Positions 8,931 through 21,800 of a DNA stretch of 64,000 nucleotides are shown piece after piece. Source of the stretch: Nitrospirales bacterium (GTDB lineage: Bacteria > Nitrospirota > Nitrospiria > Nitrospirales > UBA8639). The stretch spans positions 384,001-448,000 of the forward strand of contig CBDBCZ010000013.1 in NCBI GenBank assembly GCA_965203295.1. The letters are read 5' to 3'. Within the stretch, counting starts at the first letter, position 1; every line of letters begins with the position of its first letter. Under the pieces are notes generated by a model. That model had not been told where the DNA came from. It searched no databases and saw only the letters and a list, made by a program, of their open reading frames with translations. A program made the translations under genes and the position numbers.

Positions 8931-11900
8931 TCAGTGTATGCAGTAAATATTTATACAATACAAGGTGTTACTATGATCATGTGAATAAACTATTGCTGGG
9001 CCTAGTTCAATGTTCTCTCGCTCCATTAGATGTGATGTTTTCCTAGTTTGGAAGGTGCATGTGTGTGAACACTTGTGCATTATAGAAGTAGAGGAGGTGA
9101 TGGCAGTTGAGGGAACAAAAACAAGAAAGTGTGTCACAAAGAGGAGAGGGCATTGTTTCTCGTTTAGAATTGGCTCTTTTCCATTTGTTGCTGGTTCAAA
9201 CATTTGGATAAGACAGTATTTATTTCCATTGGTCTCCATGCAAGCTTTCAGTTGACCATATTCAATCTGTGCATGGAAGAAAGGTGCTGATGAGGGTCAT
9301 GTACTGATAGCTACTTAGCAGATTATAATACTATGTGAGCATGCATGTGTACCATTGTGTAGCTAGCATGCACACACACGATTGGACCTCACCTCTCCTG
9401 AGTAGTCAAAATGAAACAAACTGATCGACATTAATCAGTTGCTTTCTGGAGTCCACCACACCTCCATAGAGTTTGACTTCAGCATCCTGTGAAATAGCAT
9501 CTGAGATAAGATAGCTATGCTGCGTGACAAGCTCATTAATTGTGGCTGTGACTCCAGTGAGTGTGGTAAGCCGGAGGTCTTTTAAATACTGTCCTGCTTG
9601 TCTATCCTAAAAATAAAACAAAGACATTTATATAATTACATAGCAATAATTAAAATAAATTTCTTGAGTATACCTTTCTAAGTGATCCCGGCAAGTAGAT
9701 TGTCCTATCTTCATTTAAAACTTTCATGGGAACTCCATAGAGGAATGTCTGCACTTCTTTACAGCCAGCAAGAGCAGTCAGGCCTGCTCCACACCTGTAT
9801 GTTTATAGTGTATTTGTATCATGTAAGGCAATACTAACTATAATTGATAGATATTATGCATGTTTAAGCAATTGTATACCTCGTCCCAGCAGAAGTACCT
9901 CCATGGCAAAGAAACCTCAGGTGTTCACAGACAGCAAACCTCATGGCAATATCTCGACTGGCAGCCTGTTTGTTGCCGAAGATATTTTGCTGTCTCATCT
10001 TGCCATTGAATGTTTCTCCCCTGAATGTACACATTTTATCAGGCTAGTGAATTGTAAGATGTTCTCATTAGTACATAAATGCAATAGCTATATACCTCTC
10101 TGTGTTGAATGCTGCTGTGGGCCCAAAATCCAGCATATTCTGTGGTAAATGTAACATCAGGTGGAATTTGGGTCTCTGAAGTAGCTCCTCCTTGTAGTCT
10201 TGGACTGCATCAACAAAACTGCGGCAGATCTTCTGTACGTCTTCAAAGTCTTCTTTGAAAAAGGGCTTGCAGTAAGCCACCTGAAACACCTAACATCAAG
10301 CACAATACAAACATAATATTCCTAATTATGCCAAATAATTATATGCATTACTATCCTGTTATGTAGTATGATATACCTGTGACAGAGTCAACCACACTTT
10401 CTTTTCGGCATCTGTCAAATAGTCCCACACAACAAACAAACAGACTTGAGCCCAACCCTTGAAGTCCTTTCCTGTGAACGATCGATGGTACCTGCATGTA
10501 GATATTATTATTATGTCATCACATTTGCAGCAATTATAACCATGACATTGTCTTGCTAACCGGACAATTCGTGCTGTAGGCTTGGGTTTAATAGCTGTGC
10601 TGTCAAGGGAAAATATTCGTGCCTGTACTTCCTGCTTCTCTTGTGTAGACAGACGATCAATCAGGTCAGCCACAAGGTATTTGTAAGGGCCCAACAGGAT
10701 CGTGTGGAGACACTCAACTGGGGTACTCCTGCATACACGTGCATGCCATGAATTATGAGAAGGAGCTTATACGCATCACAACAAATTTTACAATACCTAT
10801 AGAGGTCCACCTGAAGCTTGAAAAATGGGTTTTCTCCTCCCTTGAGGCCATACTGTTTGCTTTTCCTCTCCCTTGCTGCATGCTGCATTGGGTTGCAAGT
10901 TGATGGTCTGTATATTTGTATTGCCAGCTCTCTTGTTCTCTCTGTCCCAATATGGCCAGGATGAAGCTCCTTGTTGCTCTTGGGACATAAAGAGAAGCAG
11001 ATGAAATTGCAATGATGGTAATATATACATGCATGCACTTGAAACCTACTGTGCACATTCTGCAAAATAATTTCGCAGCAGCTCCCAGGTGGCTGGTAAG
11101 CTCTGAACTACGAGGGTTGTCACCAAGGACAGTGATGATTGGTGCCACAGCAAGAACATTCATCTGCAAATGGACATCATAAGCTACAATACCCTCCTTC
11201 TCAAGCTTGTGTAGGTCATCAACAAGTGGCCCAGCCATTTCAAAAGCAGTGACATGGTTGGAAGTGCAGATAAAATGGATGTTTTCTAATTTTGCATTCT
11301 CTTGCCATGGAAGTCCCGCAAGTATCATGCACCAGAGATCAAACTTATTCCATTTCTTGGAACTATTGCCACTTGTGTCATCACTGTATAAAGTGATTGG
11401 TGCCATGACCACAGGAAGGCCTTCAGAGACTGCTTTTTTCTTGAGTGGATGCACTGCTGCAACATACTCTCGTTCCTAAAATATAAATGAGCTTAAGTTT
11501 ATTAAGAGAAACGGTGCATGGGAAGACTATATATGTAGCTATAATATAGTTACTTGCTTATGTTTTGGAGGAAAATGAACACCATAATGGCATTTTTGAA
11601 GTCAGTTATACATTGTAATAACTATACATCAGCTGTTAAATATTACACCATAATGTACTAAGCAATTGCAGCAGATCAGTTGAACGTTTAATAAACTTAC
11701 GTGTTGCTGCAAATCCTGAGCTGGTTCACCTGGATGCCGCAAAACTTTCAAGTTGCTCACGTCAATGGATGAGATAACCCCACAGATCTCACTGATTCGA
11801 ATTGTGGCTAGGTCAAAGATCACAACTTGGTAGTGTGATGCAACTACATCGGGTGGAAACATAGCTCCGCTTGCAATGAGCTGAACGAGTGCCAACATTT

Positions 11901-13617
11901 CTCCAGAGGATTTCTTTGGGTAGAGTGTAATGATATTAATATGCATAAATAGCTACAAAGTGAAAAGCAGCTTCATACCTCCACCATAAACTTCACAAGT
12001 TTTCCACAGCATAGACCATATTCGTGGTTGACAAACTCCACAATTTCTCCCAGGAAGAGGTGTTCACCTTGATATGTTATCATTGGTGCCCAGAAACGAG
12101 GATCTCTATGCCATCTATCTGCTTCGTAGATCTGGCTGTATAGACAAGCAGTATGACATAAATTATTTTTATGATTATGTAATCTATACTGCAAGCAGGG
12201 ATTAGCTATAGGCTGCAGCTGCATGCATGGCATTAGAGCTGGTTCATATGAAAACATACCAAATGGGTCCATCTGGGTTATGTACTGGGTATCTGTGAAT
12301 CTTCCCTGCTACTTCAGGATCTGCCAAGCACTTTGCAAGTATTGTTGATGGGAGGTTTGCATAGAATGGGACTCCAGATGGACAGTAGAACTAGAATGAT
12401 TATGGGATAGAATTATCGTGTTTATAACTCCACATACAGAGATGGAACACCCTTTGTTACCTTTTCTGGCCGAGTAAAACCTGGCAGTTGGAAATTCTTT
12501 ACTTGGACAAGACTGGGTGCAGATGGATCCAAATTCTTGCATATGAAAGCCATGAATTGGAGTCGGGCTTCTCCCTATAACATGAATGGAGTAATTATTT
12601 TATCACTAAAGCTGGCCGCACGTTTAGCGGTAATAATTTTGATGAAAGTGCATGCATCTATTGATGGTATGTGCGCATATCACTAATACAAAATATGTAT
12701 AATTTTCTCTCTGCCATGTTCATTATACTTACAATGGGCCTCGGACTATTCGCCAACATGAACATCAATGCAAAGATCTTTGATGGGAATGGAAAGTAGT
12801 CTTTGATATTAGATTCATTCATGTGCCCCAATGTAAATAACTCCTCCAGTGCAGTACCTATTATATGACCACAAAAAAAAACAGTACATACATTTTATCA
12901 ATCATACTTGTTATAAGCATGCAAGGTTATACCTGGGTCATCATCTTCATCTGTGCTTTCCTCATCAGCAGAATTGGTGAGCGTATTACTAAGTTCGTCA
13001 GCTTCAGGTTGGCTCTGAATGGAACATAACAGTAAACAAGAAACATGTTTCACCCAGCGTTAATACTCATGTTGTTGCCGGAGCACTTACACCATTGACC
13101 ACACACCCACAGATGTAGGCAGAGCTTGTAAGGTCTCCAGTCAGAGGACAAGGGCAATTAAATTAAGTTTTTGAAATTCTCTTTTCATGCATGCACTATA
13201 CAATTATATTACCTTCTGTACATGACTATCTCATGCATGAACCATTATTCGAAATTTAATGCCAAAGCAACGGTAACGTATAATTTCTTTACCTCCCCAC
13301 GTACATGTACATACCTGCTTGTACATGTAACAGAATTAATACCACACGTAGCTGTATAGCTATAATAAGTATAATAGTTTTACCATATAGAAATCAATTG
13401 TCTCTTCTGGATTTTGAGCTGAATTCAGTTGAAGTGAAGTAGCTTGAAAGCTCATAGGGTCTTCACTGTTTGCTCGTGACTCGGAGTCAGAAGGATGCAA
13501 TAATTCCAAACGTCCAGCAAACATCTTGTGTCGTTCGCTCTGCATATGACGTTTTAGCTTTGAGGGATGTGGAAAGTATTTCCCACACGCATGACAACAA
13601 TAATTTCTTCTTTCCAT
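8931..13617 (-). CDS. Multi-exon CACTA-type DDE transposase with N-terminal C2H2 zinc finger
   Basis: Exon 1 CHACGKYFPHPSKLKRHMQSERH; core LYSDDTSGNSSKKWN, GDNP, CRMC, PVECLHTILLGPYKY, PKFHLMLHL..FGP..FNTER|GETFNG, SRDIA. Exons between 11476 and ~9880 splice in frame at GT-AG sites. Confidence 0.85.
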
Positions 13618-14592
13618 ATATGGCTCCTTCGCGTGATGGCTTCAGCTCCTGCATGCACGCACGTCTGCAGCTGCAGCGCAGGTAAAAAATTGTTGGCAAG
13701 GGCGTTGCTGGTTATCGCCGTATATTCAAGGTATGCAAGACATATGCGGAATGTACAGGAAATCAGGAATATGAGCGCGCGCACCAGAAGCCAACCAGCT
13801 GCAGTGCAGAGCCGTTCAATCCAGAATATTGACAGAAGAGATGGAAAGAGTCAACTCTAAAGTAAAATAGTGTACCCTGTACTAATGTTCAATATTATGA
13901 CATTGTATGCTACATTACTCCAATTCATACTAGGCTCGAAAGCAGCAACTAGATCCAACAGTCTCAAAAGCCAAGGTAGCTGTGATGACCATAATTATAA
14001 TCATAAACATAAACAATCATCGACTATATTATATGCTGTTTCAGATGCGCACTCATCCATACTATGCAGTGAAGTCATCCGCTACAGTATGTCAAAACTG
14101 AAATTTACCATGGCATGTATATCTAATGTAGGTATAAATGCGCAAACTCACTTGCTTCACATTATAGCTTGGTACAAGGCCCAGGGGAGCCACAGGTGCC
14201 ACTAGTAGTGCATTCCTTGCAACACCTTTGCCAGCTGTTCAGGTATCTCATATTTACTGCATTTTCATTACAATCAGCAATTATCATGATCTGGTCCTTT
14301 AGGGTGCAAGTAATCGTGGCAGCAGTCATGTCCACAAAAGCAAAACTATAGTTGGTACCACTGGTGATGTAAGCTATATACATAGCATCACTATATAGAT
14401 AGATATTCAAACTTCGCTACTCTCTTGTATATACGGCAGGGTACTGCAGCAAGTACCAGTGGTACTACCTAAAAGGATGTACTTCAATCTGCTCCTATTG
14501 GCACAGTGAGTGCTGTAAACAACTTTTACATACATAATTATTACCTGATAATATAGAAGGATCCAGTACCGTTTTTATGCTGGATTCAATAG

Positions 14593-15647
14593 AGCAGGAC
14601 TCAGTCAACAGAACAACGACTTAGGGCCATCGAAAAAGGGGTGGCAAGGCTGGAAAAGCAGAATGGTGAAGTACTGCAGGCCATAAGCAAGTTACAAAAG
14701 ACATTGGGTGAGCTGTCAAAGACCACGTGGCAAGTTGCAACAAGCTCATATAAGGTAGGACGCAGTCTGCTCCAGTGTTTAGTAATAGTGATTGCCCTTT
14801 ATTGTACTTTGTTTATGCAGGAAAGTCTTCAGCAGCAACTAGCAAAGGCATTTTGCTCATCTTTGACAAGGGAACTAAGCAATGATGATCTGAAGGTCTG
14901 CCATTCTTAGTCTTATACACTTTTATAGGCCTGGTCCATCTGGCTGCCCGTGCATTATGTGCAGGTGATAATCACGCACACTCTTGGTACTGATGCCAAG
15001 AATGAAGATAAGTACGCAAAGGCTATCAGGTGGTGCAAAGAAGTATTTAGTACATTCAGAATTGAAGAACGATGTAAGGTAGGCACTACATATAAGAGCT
15101 CTTGTTATTTAGGCATTTGTCATTTTTATTTTGTTAATTTTAGGTGCTTGGGATTAGGCCATATAGCTCTCACAGGAGCTATACAACGCCTACTCTAGCA
15201 AAGGATCTTCTGAAAGCCATGAAAGCACCAATGGATCCTGCACTTGAAATCACGTACATGAAACATCTAGCCCTATTGGTAAGTTAATCATGCACCTTTT
15301 TTAATAGTTACTAACCAATGTCCATGTATATCTTTACGAGTGTATATTTTTCCATGCACACTCCCTGATGCTTGCATGCTTTCCAGAGAAAGTATGTGAG
15401 AGCATTTCCACAGGAAGCTGAGCAGAAGGGTGCCCTCTACAAGCACTTTAGGGAGTGGCTGTCTGCCACTTACGAAGTGTGCTTCAGCCAGCATGATTGG
15501 AAGGGGGTGCTGGACGAGGATGCCAGGGCTATGGAATCACATGACACCTCTCCATCTCCGTCTCCGTCTGCAAGAAGTGCCTTGAGTTCTCAACTCTCAT
15601 ATTGCCCAATAAATAGCCAGGAGGTAGGCAGTGGACCAGAGCAGTAA
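14593..15647 (+). CDS. CACTA accessory gene (TnpA-like position), coiled coil plus helical domain; 5' exons unresolved
   Basis: Approximate exons 14593-14754, 14821-14895, 14965-15078, 15144-15278, 15386-15647 with GT-AG borders join into one frame (RLRAIEKGVARLEKQNGEVLQAISKLQK...). Confidence 0.6.
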
Positions 15648-15934
15648 CCGTAAACATATTAAATCCCAACATGTTGCTGTGTATTAATTGATACTGCCAG
15701 GCTTGCATGTATAGCAGTTACTCCTGTTTATTCTATAATGATCTTGGATGTAACCTGCATGTACACTTTGTATACACTTCTCTGCAATCATTTAAAATAT
15801 CCAATGGCATGCAAGGCAAATATGGTATAAGTTAACAGTCACAGTTGCATTTCATGGAGATGTCCTGGTCTCTTTGTTCCTTTACGTTATAAACTATATC
15901 TGCTACATCAGGGTTAATATGTAGCTATACATGT

Positions 15935-16750
15935 CCCAGCTGCAGCAGCTAGGGTTCACTGGTATGTCCCTGGCTTATTTAGCGCAGCATATTGGTATCT
16001 CCCTGGCTTTATTGGTGCATTGAGATTCAAGCGTTGGTGCAGCAGGGCTCGTATTGGTATCTCCCTGGCTCATTGGCGCAGCAGGGCTCATATTGGTGTC
16101 TCCCTGGCTCATTGGTGCAGCAGGGCTCATATTGGTGTGTCCCTGGCTCATTGGTGCAGCAGGGCTCATATTGGTGTCTCCCTGGCTCATTGGTGCAGCA
16201 GGGCTCATATTGGTGTCTCCCTGGCTCATTGGTGCAGCAGGGCTCATATTGGTGTGTCCCTGGCTCATTGGTGCAGCAGGGCTCATATTGGTGTCTCCCT
16301 GGCTCATTGGTGCAGCAGGGCTCATATTGGTGTGTCCCTGGCTCATTGGTGCAGCAGGGCTCATATTGGTGTCTCCCTGGCTCATTGGTGCAGCAGGGCT
16401 CATATTGGTGTCTCCCTGGCTCATTGGTGCAGCAGGGCTCATATTGGTGTCTCCCTGGCTCATTGGTGCAGCAGGGCTCATATTGGTGTCTCCCTGGCTT
16501 ATTGGTGCAGCAGGGCTCATATTGGTGTCTCCCTGGCTTATTGGTGCAGCAGGGCTATTATTGGTGTGTCCCTGGCTCATTGGTGCAGCAGGGCTATTAT
16601 TGGTGTGTCCCTGGCTCATTGGTGCAGCAGGGCTCATATTGCTGGCTTATTTTAGTTCCATTGGTGCAGCAGGGCTTATATATGTACTGATGTCTCCCTG
16701 GCTTATTGGTGTGGTGCAGCAGGGCTCATGCACTGGTACGTCCCTGGCAT
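15935..16750. repeat. 39-bp minisatellite, ~17 near-perfect copies with degenerate flanks
   Basis: Unit ttggtgcagcagggctcatattggtgtctccctggctca, itself built from 20+19-bp sub-repeats. Confidence 0.95.
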
Positions 16751-17289
16751 ATTTAGACGGTAGATAATAATATCTACGTTGCAAACTGACTGGTTTATAA
16801 TGGATTCGGAAGTTTACAACATTGCGTTTGTAATTCTACATGTAGTTAAGATCAACATGATACAACAGAAGATTAATAATAACAAGGGGAGAGGATGCCA
16901 ACAGTTATTATTGAATGTGTGAGATGTTGTAAGGGAGGCATGTGAACCACTGGGAATACAACAAGCAGAAGGCCTAGGATAGAAATGGTACTAGTTATAT
17001 TTATGCATTATAGTGATCTCTATAAGGATGCTTTATAAGTTGCAGACGAAAGTGACGTTTCAAGGCCTGTCGAACATTTAGTCACAAACCCAATATAGCA
17101 ATCCTTGCTCCACTGCAAGCTATTCCAGGTTGCATGGGCTTCAGACCAATACTGGTCCTTTCTAGCAAGGAAGATGAGTGGGAGAAAGTGACAATGATAT
17201 CGATCTTGGAGCAAGCAAATAATAGGGCAGGATAGCCCGACCTTACTCTACACTTATGCCCTGTCACAGGAATGAAATCACAGGTCTGA

Positions 17290-17470
17290 GGCTGTACAGG
17301 CTGTCACATACCTGATTTTACAGACCGTATACAGCCGTACGTCCAGCACCCTGTCACATACCTGAATTCACAGACCGTATACAGCCAGTACGTCCAGCAC
17401 CCTGTCACATACCTGAATTCACAGACCGTATACAGCCAGTACGTGACAGCACCCTGTCACATACCTGTGC
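17290..17470. repeat. ~50-bp subterminal tandem repeats of the CACTA element
   Basis: ctgtcacatacctgaattcacagaccgtatacagccagtacgtccagcacc, three full copies plus a partial copy. Confidence 0.9.
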
Positions 17471-17594
17471 ACATCCCTGTGTTGCGTCACATCCTGCACG
17501 TACCTGAGGAAATCTGGCTGTGATAGCAGACGCTATTGACGTCACTCGCATTGCTTAGCAACGCTGCCAACAGCCAATGAAAGCCATGCAACAA

Positions 17595-17737
17595 ATTAGA
17601 TAAAGCATGCCTACGCGGGCTATAGGCCGATATTGGCACGGTTATGACGTAGAGCCCTCGGGCCTGCGGCCCTCGGGCTTACGTCATAACCGTGCCAATA
17701 TCTGGCCTATAGCCCTTGTAGGCATGCTTTATCTAAT
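17595..17737. repeat. Long imperfect palindrome with GGCC-TGC-GGCC centre
   Basis: attagataaagcatgcctac...ccTCgggcc tgc ggcccTCggg...gtaggcatgctttatctaat. Confidence 0.9.
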
Positions 17738-18096
17738 ACATAATATGTAATAGCTAGCTATATAAATCATGGCCAGGAGGTGTATATCAGTGATATACCA
17801 CCTGCTGTGGAGGAGGTTTTGTGGAATATACCGCGAAGGCCGCAATGGTAATGATATTCACCACTATCACCAGTTGGCCATGGTTCATATGATATATATC
17901 ATGTCGAATTTTGATGAGGTGTAGATCCTCTCACTGTTTCCATAGCAACATGGTATATATTATCTATGCCATCACAGCGAGCCTGCTTCAGCCTCTGGTA
18001 GCCATTTTGTGTAGTGTGGGTGGGTATTGTGGCATAGATACTATAGTGTCTATAATTGTGGGCGTGCCCTGTTTTTGTTTCCTGGCAAAACAATGA

Positions 18097-18666
18097 TACC
18101 GTATCCGCTCTAATTAAGGCGCCCTTAAAAATTAGAGAGTTTTCATGACATCATTTTACGTCACGCGCATGTAGCAACTGTTGCCAGGGCGCCATTTTGG
18201 TGGGCAGCAAACGTACATTAGCCATACGCATAAAGACCGGAAGTTACTCTCGTACTCGTAGTCTAGGTGGTAGATTCACTTGATCTGTCCCGCCTGAAAA
18301 CTGACTTACAGCGATAGTTGAGATACTGAACGCGTAAGTTCCCAGCGGCTCTTGATTCTGAGATCGCTGTATAACGTGCCAATCTAGTCGCCCACGCATG
18401 GTGGGCAAGAACGGGCATAAACGGAACGTGACACGGACGCACGTGATCTGTGACGACACGTGCGTACGTGAAAACTCTAGTCTCGTGCCCAGACCACACC
18501 TCTCTCCCTGAGAGGTGTGGTCTGGGCACGAGACTATGAAAACTCCGGGGTGCCTTTGTTGTGGCATAATATAATTTTGTATCTATGGTTGTGGAGGAAA
18601 AATTCCTTCGGGGTCCGAAGGGCGCCTTATTTAGAGAGGCCCCTTCTAATTAGAGCGATAAACGTA
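18097..18666. mobile_element. Possible Tc1/pogo-like MITE containing a nested AcademH-like MITE
   Basis: taccgtatccgctctaattaaggcgccc at the left; gggcgccttatttagag and taattagagcgataaacgta at the right; TIR degenerate. Confidence 0.4.
18478..18536. mobile_element. AcademH-like mini-MITE (59 bp)
   Basis: TAGTCTCGTGCCCAGACCACACCTCTC palindrome, 9-bp TSD tgaaaactc (18469-18477, 18537-18545). Confidence 0.85.
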
Positions 18667-18805
18667 CCACACCCAGCAATCAAGGACATCCCATTGTGTA
18701 TCACGATTCAGCCTCCTCCTGTATTCCTGTTCTACAACTCCGGTAGCTATTGGCTAACACTATACGGTAGCTATTGGCTAACACTATACGTATACCGTAG
18801 CGACG

Positions 18806-21800
18806 ATGTCGGAAGAACTCGTGGACGGTGAGGAGGTTGTGAAAAAGCATCCTGCCCCTTCGCAGCAGTTGTTTGTGCACCTTGTCCCGCCGCACTCGCA
18901 CGACTCCGAGAAGAAAAATCATTCTGACTCCAAGTCCGCGACAAAGTCGGACTCGACGCAAAAGAAGTCAGCCCCTCCCGTCATAACAGAGAAGGAAATG
19001 GGTCGAATGATGGACATGGGACTCGGGAGAGGAGTAGACGCCACCGATGCATCCCCCTGGGTCAGCAAGTCCTCCTTCCAAGTGCGAAGAGTCATGTTTG
19101 ACTGTGTGATTGGTACTGAAGAAGGCGGAGCCTTGCAAAGCTACGACCGGGAAATCTCAAGGTGCATGTACTGTAATACGCATCTTACCTTTTTTTCTGG
19201 TATTAGCTGTGTATTCCTAATCCACAACTGATATGTATATAGTCCCGCGCGCACCAGCTCTGAGTTCAGTCTAGCTAGCTATCCCCGACTTCAACCCACC
19301 TAGGGATCGAGATAGCTACTGCAAGCGATCCATAGGTGGGTAGAAGTTGGGGATAGCTAGCTAGACTACTCAGAGTTGTCTCTCCCTGCATGCCCCTCCC
19401 CCAAAGAGAGAAAAGAAAAACAAAGGGGCATGTGTACAGCGGTGCACAATAAAAATAGAGTATAGACCAGTAAGTTGTCTTTTGAGTTTCAAATGAGTGA
19501 ATACAGCAAAAAGCCAAGTTGGTGTGTGTGAGTCTACAATGAGTTCATCAGGAAAATGTATTAGCAATGAGCAAATTCATGCATTGCAAATGTGTTTACC
19601 CATTCTTGGAATACTCCCTCCTCTCTAAGAATGTGAAAACAAATTAATTTTCCCATTACTAATATGCTGCATTGATGCATGTAGTTTCACACCACACTTT
19701 TAAATTTACTGTGTTCATTCATTTAAAACTCAGGTTTTAAATGCACTGGTCAATAAAAAAAAGTTCTCCTTTACTATGAATGGAATTTGCAATTATAATT
19801 CAGCTTATACAGAAGCAGGAACAATGGGTGCTTTTCTTTTTTGTTCTGTCGCTATTACAATAAGTATAGCTACAGCTGTACTATTTCAGAAAGCTAACAT
19901 CCTAAGTCCTAAGTAAGGAGTATAGCTACATGGTAGCTGTCTGTAAATTGCAATGTTGGAATTACATGCTACTTCAAAGGCTGCGGAAGCTGCATGTGTT
20001 GATGCTTTGCACTAACATTTTAGAATCGCTGTTACAGTACTCTTCACACATGCCTGCATGAATCAGCCTGAAGATTAGAAAACGAGCATTCAGTCAAGTA
20101 GTCTTCACCCTCTACTCCACTCCCTTTCTTCCGTTGACTTCAGTTCTATTGACTCTGATACATGCACATTCCTGTGACTCCACTTAGGTTAGCTCCACGT
20201 TTGGGGGAGGGGGAGGAAGAGTTCTAGATACGTATGAGGATAGTGTAGATAATAAAATGCTAATAACCTATGTTCTTACAATCCTGGACGTTCACTGTCA
20301 TAATTTCATTGCTATACAGCGTGCAATCTCAGCAGTCCAACTTGAAGGCATCCATTGCAGTTCCCCAGGCCCCCTTCACCATCGGAGTGGATGCCGAACA
20401 CTCACGCAGTGTCAGCACCACCAGAAGGGCGGTGGGCAAGAAGGTCGTCAACAGAACGATCTCATTCCGGGCTGACTTCGAAGACCTTCCGCAGTCCATC
20501 ACAACGGATCCCAGTAGTGCAATAAGGGACGCCATTCCTACTGCGACATACAGGGCATCCGTGGAAGGCTCAACCCTGACCTTCGAAGAACGTCTAGCAA
20601 AGTGGATTTTGGAGTACATCAATCACAAAATTGAGGTCAAAAGCAAGCATAAAGGAAAGCTGGTCGAATCGAGTTTTGAAATGACGGGAAACCCAATAGA
20701 TGACATTGCCTCATTGATTCACGAGTCCACAAATGATGATGTTCGAAAGATGATCCTGGCTGCCTGCCGTGAGTTTGTCCAGGTTTTCCGTGTGACGCAT
20801 TATGTCAGTGCCATTGAACTTGGAGCATCCGAGTATCAGGTACTATGTGAGACCGAATATTTCTCCCAAAGAAAAGCTGGTAAGATCATTGGAGTGGTGT
20901 CACTGGCCAATCAAGCCGCCAGTTTGTCTTCTTTATGGAAGAAAACTAAGAAGGCATCTGATCTGAAGAGAATTGGCCGAATCGACAACGACCGTGTTGA
21001 GCGAGGATCGTACGATGAAGCTGTTGTCGGGGTGAGCATCCAGCCTATCTGCAACTTGGTGAGACTCCGCTACCTGCAGCTGACCCTGAAGAAGGCTCTG
21101 CTGGAGTACGTTGAGACACAAGGAGACTCAACTGGTGAGTGCATCTGCATGGGTCTGAGTGATTGTATCAACATTGTAGAAATATCACTCTATTATAGCA
21201 TTAATTTAAGGTATAAAAAGCACTTTGCCAAAAAGTGCAAAAACAAGTCATGTAGGGATGCACTTCCACCAAAAAACACTTCCCCAAAAACCAATGAAAC
21301 AAGCGACAATGCACACCGCAATGCATGTGCAGACTACCCACACATCACATCGCAATGCATTTACCGCGTAGCTACCATCCCTACATCTTTCCAACCACAC
21401 CCACCACAATCGTGTATATGTGAGATGTGAATAGTGGTAGTGTAATTTGCAGGGAGGTATGTTTGGTAAAGTGTAGTCTTGTGTTGTCAACTTTGTTTAG
21501 TATGTTGTATGGTGGTTGATGTGGGTTGTGTTACGTTTGTTGTGCGTGTTGGTGGCAGTGTGGTGTTGCGAGGAATTGCTTTGCTTGTTTGTGCTTGTGA
21601 ATGTGGAATTTGTGGAGCAAAGTGCATTTTGATGGGGAGTATAGTGTTCTTGTGAAGGTTTGGCTTCATTGTAGTGTGGGCTGGGTGTTGTGTTTTGTGA
21701 TGTAATGATTGAGGATAAGAATGTAAGGGTGTAGTTGTTGGATGGAGGCGAGGTGGCGTGGTTGATGATTGTGGATGGTTGTGTGTGTTGAAGGAAGTAT

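Larger units (their letters stand above)
8687..17522. mobile_element. EnSpm/CACTA (CMC)-type DNA transposon, ~8.8 kb, possibly autonomous
   Basis: 19-bp TIR CACAGCCAGATTT(T/C)CTCAG at both ends, subterminal CTGT(G/T/C)ACA motifs on both sides, two divergent genes. Flanks gta/ata do not give a clean TSD. Confidence 0.85.

Noticed and set aside
15975..16767. CRISPR-like array or repeat-protein genes
   Set aside because: Head-to-tail units without unique spacers, no cas genes, eukaryotic context; ORFs follow from a stop-free 39-bp unit.
19030..19060. DATD as a caspase-3 site activating the pore-former
   Set aside because: Lies in the conserved, probably structured LGRGVDAT motif; a 4-residue match is weak evidence.
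21135..21430. C-terminal extension of ORF 20270-21430 and the His/Thr-rich ORF 21497-22189
   Set aside because: Read-through past the conserved GTGAGT donor into an intronic insertion; composition-driven.
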